From: Octopus bimaculoides
Lineage: Eukaryota
Assembly: GCF_001194135.2 (NCBI RefSeq)
Contig: NC_068991.1
Location: 57,816,843-57,871,070 of the forward strand
DNA: 54,228 bases
Direction: 5' to 3'
Part shown: positions 47,655 to 54,228 of the stretch, one piece after another
Layout: each line of letters opens with the position of its first letter
How positions within the stretch are numbered: the first letter of the stretch is position 1
Program-made: the position numbers and the translations under genes
The notes under the pieces: model-generated
The model's input: only the letters and a program-made list of their open reading frames with translations
What the model was told of the DNA's origin: nothing
Databases searched by the model: none

Positions 47655-49782
47655 CTCTTTGCAATAAATTAAGTAAACATAATTTTTTTGTTAAGTTTAT
47701 ATTCTCCCTCCGATAAACAATAAATATAGAACACTTTTTATTAGTTACTTTAAACAACTTTTTTATATCAATAACTTTAGATAAATAGAAGAGTTATAAT
47801 ATATTAAGAATATAATTATCATTTATATTTTTTATACGTGTTATTGCAATTTCTAGATTAAGTAAGATACTGATAGTTAATTACATGCATATACATTATT
47901 GTTGTGTTATTATAATAGCGGAAGGTTTTCTGAGACATAAACGAGTTTGGATTGATATTATTTGAGATATATAGAGAAATATTTCTATAGTTGTAGATTA
48001 TACTTAATTGTTTTGTCCGTAATAATTTTTTTTTTATTTTTAACGTAATTGATATGTAGTTGAATGGCTAACGGTCACGATCATAATACATAGGCATGTG
48101 AATTAATTTTTCTTTGCAATCCAGCAATTATTTCACACGGAATTTCGTCTGTCTACACACCAATAGCCCTGGTGAGGCTTATATAAAAGGGAATTGAATT
48201 GTTTATATATCAAATAATGTATATAAGTCGAAACAAATTGTTGGCTTTTTGGTTTTTTAAATAATTGTTTGTTATATTATATTTTATTATATTCATAGTA
48301 TATTATGTTGTATTATAATATAAATAAATTATTGGATTCTCATTTGTATCTCTGTATNNNNNNNNNNATATATAATCGACCATCTTTCTTTCTTCTCCTG
48401 ACTTGTGTCTCTTTCATTCTCTCCGTTGTAGCTGGATCAAGGAAGTTGTATTCTTGTCTGTCTCCTGTCCAAGCTTGATTTACCACAACCTCGTTTAGGC
48501 TTAGCAACCCTTCCTGTTTGTTTTCTCTGTCCTGTTTTTGTTACCAATTTTGTCTCTCCGCAAAATCCCAAATTGTATTTAATTTGCTTTGCGGAAGCAA
48601 TTGTTTTACCGAAAGCGTATCTTGTTGTGACATGCAAGAAATACGAGAGTAGAAAAACAACCAACAACTGATGAAGGGTCGTTCTTTATGTTGTTTGTCT
48701 TGTTTTCCATTTGTGCTTTTCGTTATTCGAAAAAATAATTCATATTCGATTTACTCGTTCTTCGTATGTTTTGTTGTACATGTTGCGTGACATCTTGTGC
48801 CCGTATATGCATATATATATATAGTAATAACATGGGAAAAAAGGGGATGGAAAGAAAAAAAAAAGACGCATAAAAGTTCATAGTTCAACTTTTCGAAGTT
48901 ATAGCAATCAGAGCATGAGTCCGTAGGTGCAATCCTGTGTATAACCTATGCTTCTTTTTTTTCTTCTTTCTTTCCATCTACTTATTTTTATTCATTTACT
49001 CCCTTCCTCTATGTCGTCATCTTATTAATATATGCCATTCTTATTTTCCCTACACATACATACATGTATTCATATATACATACATGCATATATATATANN
49101 NNNNNNNNNNNNNNNNNNNNNNNNNNNNNNNNNNNNNNNNNNNNNNNNNNNNNNNNNNNNNNNNNNNNNNNNNNNNNNNNNNNNNNNNNNNNNNNNNNNN
49201 NNNNNNNNNNNNNNNNNNNNNNNNNNNNNNNNNNNNNNNNNNNNNNNNNNNNNNNNNNNNNNNNNNNNNNNNNNNNNNNNNNNNNNNNNNNNNNNNNNNN
49301 NNNNNNNNNNNNNNNNNNNNNNNNNNNNNNNNNNNNNNNNNNNNNNNNNNNNNNNNNNNNNNNNNNNNNNNNNNNNNNNNNNNNNNNNNNNNNNNNNNNN
49401 NNNNNNNNNNNNNNNNNNNNNNNNNNNNNNNNNNNNNNNNNNNNNNNNNNNNNNNNNNNNNNNNNNNNNNNNNNNNNNNNNNNNNNNNNNNNNNNNNNNN
49501 NNNNNNNNNNNNNNNNNNNNNNNNNNNNNNNNNNNNNNNNNNNNNNNNNNNNNNNNNNNNNNNNNNNNNNNNNNNNNNNNNNNNNNNNNNNNNNNNNTAT
49601 ATATAAATATATGTGTGTATGTATGTATGTATATATGTATGTAGGTTACATCTCTCCATTGTCTGTATACAGAGTATGGGTGTATATGACTATACATGTA
49701 CAGAAGAATATATAGACTTATTATCTGAGAGTGTGTAGATTCAAAGTTGCAAATATACAATTTAGAATTTCTATATAGAATC

Positions 49783-50134
49783 AGCGAGGGCGACATTCAA
49801 AACGCTGGAACAGTTTGAATGAGTAACGATGTCCACCCACTATATTCACCGGCATTGCCCTATCTGATTATCATTTATTCCGTAATCTTCTAAATCATTT
49901 TGACGGAAAAAATATGGATTCTGTAGACGAGGTCAGAATAGTAGTGGAGAAGTGTTTTTTGTCACGGACAAGTGAAATTTGGAAGTGGGGTCTTGAGTGT
50001 CTACCAGATAGATGGAAGTGCATTGTAGAAAATGAAGGCGAGTACATTTTAGATCAACAAGGAACTTTGTTTATCTTAATTTTGACAAACAAAAGAAGTA
50101 TTTAAAAAATCGCATTATTTATGGGATGACCCAA
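49783..50134 (+). mobile_element. Mariner (DD34D) 3' fragment with right TIR
   Basis: HPLYSP..IALSDYHLFRNLLNHFDGKNMDSVDEV...LPDRWKCIVENEGEYILD matches YSPDLAPSDY...LPxRWxxxVxxxGxY. It ends AAAATCGCATTATTTATGGGATGACCCAA followed by TA. Confidence 0.9.
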
Positions 50135-50875
50135 TACTGCTAGTTATTAGTTAGTATGCGTTTTTCAGTGAGAAAATATTTCTAAATAGGCCTTTTATGA
50201 TACTAGCATTCATCTAAAAAATTTCTTTTCCTATGGATGGGGCCCCGGACTAATGTTAACTTAGTGATCTTTCTTTTTTGTCTTTCTACTTGAACTATTG
50301 CCGCACATTCTATTTTGATTTGAAATTGTTAAAAATATCGACGTTGCCTATGTTACCAATTTTTTTTTTACCAGAATTCCGACTTACGTTAATGAATCTT
50401 TCTCTTACCAACGTATGCAATTTTAATTACATGAATATTGTAGTTCATTACACTAATTATGTTATCACCTGTCTCACAGTTTTATTAGATTTCAGTTGCT
50501 CAATGTATTAAATGTCTAAACACCTATAATACTATTAAGCTCTGAAACAACGTGAACCGCATAAAAGAAGACGAATTGAAGATAACTATAACTATGTTTC
50601 TCCAACTGGTGTGTAATTTCTGGAACACAGTGCTATATATTTATTCTATGGTCTTATATTGTTTAATGAGAGGGCTTCCGTTAAGCTCTCTTGTAATATG
50701 TGCATGGAAAATACGTCGAAAAATTCTATTCTTCTGAGTTGTACACACGGGATCAAAAGCGCTCTCGAACACACCATTATAATTTAGATTTTATGTGTGC
50801 ACGAATAAACATTTCTATATATTAGCGTATGGTATATGTAGCTCGAGAGGAAATGGCGAAACATACATACATATT

Positions 50876-50911
<36 letters not shown>

Positions 50912-51746
50912 CATGTAAATTACTGTTTTCTATAATAGGTTTGATAATAAATAGTAAGTGTTATAATGAAGATTCACATTTAGAGGAATTATTACAGCTC
51001 TTAGAAATTTATTGCAGTTTACTTACATAATTAAATGCTGAATTTAATTGTTCTATCAGAATAATTCTTTATTGCGCTTAAATTTGTAGTTTCTGTCAAA
51101 TTTAATGCCAGTATTCTGGGAATTGTCAAATATTTTGTGTAGTACATTGGTAATATGAAGGCGAGCGTCTGTCTCCATATAGTTTGTGCGTTTTCCCGAT
51201 GCAAAGACAATGTGTACATTATCCTCGGATTACCGTCACCTACACAATGATTATATATTTATGTGAAAAGATTTCTCACCTTCATTGTTTCGTTTATGCT
51301 TTCTTTCTCTCTTTTCCTCTCACCGTGTTTGTGTGTCTGCGTGTGCATGTATTTCGTTCGTGTTTAAGCATTTGGTTCACTATGTTTCATAGACATCGAT
51401 GACATGTGTCCAAGGTTCGCAACACAAGGCTGTACGAAGGTCGCCCTTTTCTCTTGAAATTATGATTCCCTGACGTAAAGCCTTCCTACGGAAAGTCTCG
51501 CTTTTATCATTTAACCAATCCAGCACGGGAGATAGTATTCAAGGGTCATAGCTCTCAGCATCATTGAAGCACGCAAGCCAGCATACTGCAACGAGGACCT
51601 TATCTCTAAGTGGACATATTCACACAGTCATATATACACATACACACATACACACACACACACATAGAAACGTATGCACATACGCACACGCATTCATGAA
51701 ACACACACCTATACACTGTTGTTTATTTATAAGATGCAGAGAAGGA

Positions 51747-52018
51747 AATAATTTTATTCACAAACGCAGGATAATGCTAATAATATAGTATGAACAGGAT
51801 AAACTATCCATATTTTGCAGATAAATCTGAGACTCGAACTCACATCCCAGTGAGTACGCGTCTAGTGACGTAAGTTCGAATCTCATGGCTGGCCGCCGAC
51901 AGATTTTTCTGCAAAATATGGATACTTAATCCTGTTCAAGCTATATCATTAGTATTATCCTGCGTTTGGGAATAACATTATTTGTCTGGATCTTTCAACA
52001 CATCTCAACGCTTCTAAA
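51747..52018. other. Dispersed hairpin element with 83-bp arms and two opposed tRNA T-arm/B-box halves
   Basis: Arms 51747-51829 and 51900-51982 (9 mismatches); inner inverted pair 51829-51846 / 51867-51884 containing GTTCGA(G/A)TCTC; homologous to 28696-28920. Confidence 0.8.
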
Positions 52019-52460
52019 GCAAACTTTGTTGATTTTCAATATAAGATTAAGTTAATGTATTGTTTATGCTTTTGTTTCGAGGGAGATTCATCATGATTCA
52101 CTTAAGCAATGATCAAACGATGCAGAATCCGTGACCATCGTGTCTGATTTGTTTAGTTTTTCATATTTCCTCTCTCTTAAATATATTGATATCGGGACAC
52201 ATTCCTCTGAAAATACGAATATGTTTCGAATTTAAAGATAGCATGTTGTGAATTGTGTGATATTCAGCAGATATTTCTAGACCTTCTAGAAATAAAAACT
52301 AACACTTTTTGAATTCGAACATCAGCATATTTATGTAGAAGGACAATCTTGATGATATGGTTCAAAATACTCTGTGACGAAAACAGATGCAGAATCCGAC
52401 AGAAACGTGTATCATGGTAGTCTGTCCAAAATCGAATCTGATATGGGATTCCAAGAAATA

Positions 52461-53621
52461 CGAGTGCATAGGCTGAAAAAGATAATCTCATGGAATGTAA
52501 GTAAATTAGGATTGTTTTTCTGCATAGTCCACCTGGTGGTCTACATACTTCTTCAATCCGTGTTGAGGTGCTTGGATCCCATTGGTGAAGAAGCAACAGA
52601 TATGATGTCATCATCACTGGGATACTGGTTCCCAGACGAGGATTTCCGAAGTTGGAGGACAACTAGTAATCAGCTGGGGCCAACGTAGGAGAACAGGGAC
52701 TATGATCAATCAGTTCAAAGCCAGTCACGCACAGCATCCATTGAAACCAAGGACGTGTGTGCTGGAACATTGACCTGATGTAACAAGATCCCTCTCATCA
52801 GCTTTCCATGGCATTTGGCCTTAACAGATATTCGTAACTACCGCAGCAAGTTGGCATAGTCTGAGCCTTGATGGTGTCACCATTTTAAAGATAGTCACAA
52901 AATACAATGCCTTTTACATCAAATTCCCTGCAAATGAAAAGACATTGGCCTTATTTGGAGCAGGTGAAGAGGGGTGTTTCTACTGCACCAATTGTCTCTC
53001 TGTTTCTTGCTCAAAGTGGTAAAGGCAACACTCATCTTGTCTTAGGAAACATTCAAGGAAACCAACTGAATTTGCCTCAAACAGTGTTAGATTTTTCCGT
53101 GAAGTGATCAGCATGGTGCGCTTTTCATCAAGAGCCAGGAGACGTGACACCCACTGAACATAAACTTTCGTCATGCCATGTTCATGAAGCTGAATATTCT
53201 AAACACTCTCACGGAAAATGCTAACGCAACTATTTGGCTATTCCATAACCACGTGGTGAGCACGATCAATATTTTCCTGGGTGGTATTAGTTGCAGGATG
53301 TCCACGAGGTCGGTCATATTCAAGACTCTTCCTTCCTCTCCTAAATTCAGCTGCTCATTTTTTACTGTTGATAAAGATGAAGCGTGAATGTACTAAGTAG
53401 CTAAACACTTTTTCTGTAGGTCCTTCATAACAACACTATACCAAATTTTGTCTGTTTTAAACTGACATCTAGATGTTCAAAGACCATTTAGACGTCAGTT
53501 TTCGATGGATAGAAAGAATGCAGCTATTAATAAGATGTGTTGAAATTAATACTTGCAAGATTTCACAGCTCTAGAATAAACTCCTTCATAGTCAGCCTAT
53601 GAACTTTTCAGCTCACTCACG
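52461..53621 (-). mobile_element. Near-full-length, pseudogenised mariner
   Basis: Minus strand: AAEFRRGRKSLEYDRPRG...HGMTKVYVQWVSRLL...FLRQDECCLYHFEQETERQLVQ*KHPSSPAPNKA...QDNAP-like region...GIQAPQHGLKKYVDHQVDYAEK. Ends share CATAGGCTGA; the left TIR has an internal deletion and a TA flank. Confidence 0.9.
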
Positions 53622-54122
53622 CAACAACAGTCGCAGGAACCACAATCATAAATATAGCAATAACAACAACCACCGCAATCTTAAACGAACGGTACCATTG
53701 AACATAAATAGGAAATAACACGCGACGCACTAACTAAAACTGGCATTTAATGAGGTTGCTTTACGTTGTCAACGAACGTCTAAAATAGCAGCGAAACCAT
53801 TCGGTCTTTAAAAGGCCGATGGCATGCTTGTAACTGAAACGTTGTGGAATATCTGTCTTCTCCATTAGGGCCGACATATTACTAAACACCTGTAGGACAT
53901 ATCTTCTGCAATGATATTGTTCTGATTTATATTAGGTCTGTGGGGAAGTCTACACGGTCATCCCAAGACTAGACAGTCATCCAGCGACTTAAATATCGAT
54001 AATTCAATTCTCAACTATTAGCGACATTATATCTTTCCAAGAATTATTGGTTCATAAACAATCAACAAATTATGCATCGTAAGAACTTTTCTTCCAAACA
54101 ACATGCATCCAAATTCAGTCCC

Positions 54123-54205
54123 AAGGGTCTTCTACTTTAGCCTCGGCTCGACCAAAGCCTTCTGAATGGATTTGGTAAAAGGAAACTGAATGAAGCTATT
54201 CTGAT
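54123..54205 (+). mobile_element. SINE group B fragment
   Basis: GTCTTCTACTTTAGCCTCGGCTCGACCAAAGCCTT...GGATTTGGTAAAAGGAAACTGAATGAAGC followed by (TA)n. Confidence 0.8.
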
Positions 54206-54228
54206 ACATATATATATATATATATATA

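Noticed and set aside
48560-48690. CTGATGAAGGG and CCGAAAGCG as a hammerhead
   Set aside because: The motifs are in the wrong order and spacing, with no stem II joining them.
5501-49796. Long ORFs of 100-520 aa containing X runs
   Set aside because: They stay open only because they cross N-gaps.
50375-50412. Candidate 38-bp micro-exon (poly-T CCAG ... C|GTATGC)
   Set aside because: Two frames are open, it is too short to assess, and there is no supporting gene context.

Overview
Eukaryotic, AT-rich, repeat-saturated genomic DNA from a draft assembly (15 N-gaps, about 4.65 kb, most bordered by (TA)n). The SINE types, microsatellite density and LINE complement suggest a cephalopod, most likely Octopus; this is an inference and was not searched. 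I cannot support any host protein-coding gene, rRNA, genuine tRNA or CRISPR array, so the window reads as intergenic or deep-intronic. Almost all listed ORFs are microsatellite or gap artefacts, and those with real protein signal are decayed transposon fragments. These comprise two CR1-like LINE remnants, one RTE LINE remnant, several restriction-like-endonuclease (R4/Dong-type) LINE 3' stubs at (AAT)n arrays, one DD37D/maT-type and four mariner remnants. There are also about 25 tRNA-derived SINE copies in three working groups (my labels A, B and C/Arg-head). The least explained structures are: (1) tRNA-like units at the tip of long inverted repeats at three loci (16.2, 28.8, 51.8 kb); (2) precise head-to-tail SINE multimers joined at an AG(A/T)AAC junction; (3) modular head/tail swapping among Arg-head SINEs; (4) a 140-bp-arm fold-back element at 46.9-47.7 kb; and (5) degenerate hammerhead-like motifs of the Penelope type. 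Coordinates and identities were read by eye and are approximate to within about 10 bp unless a TSD or TIR fixes them.
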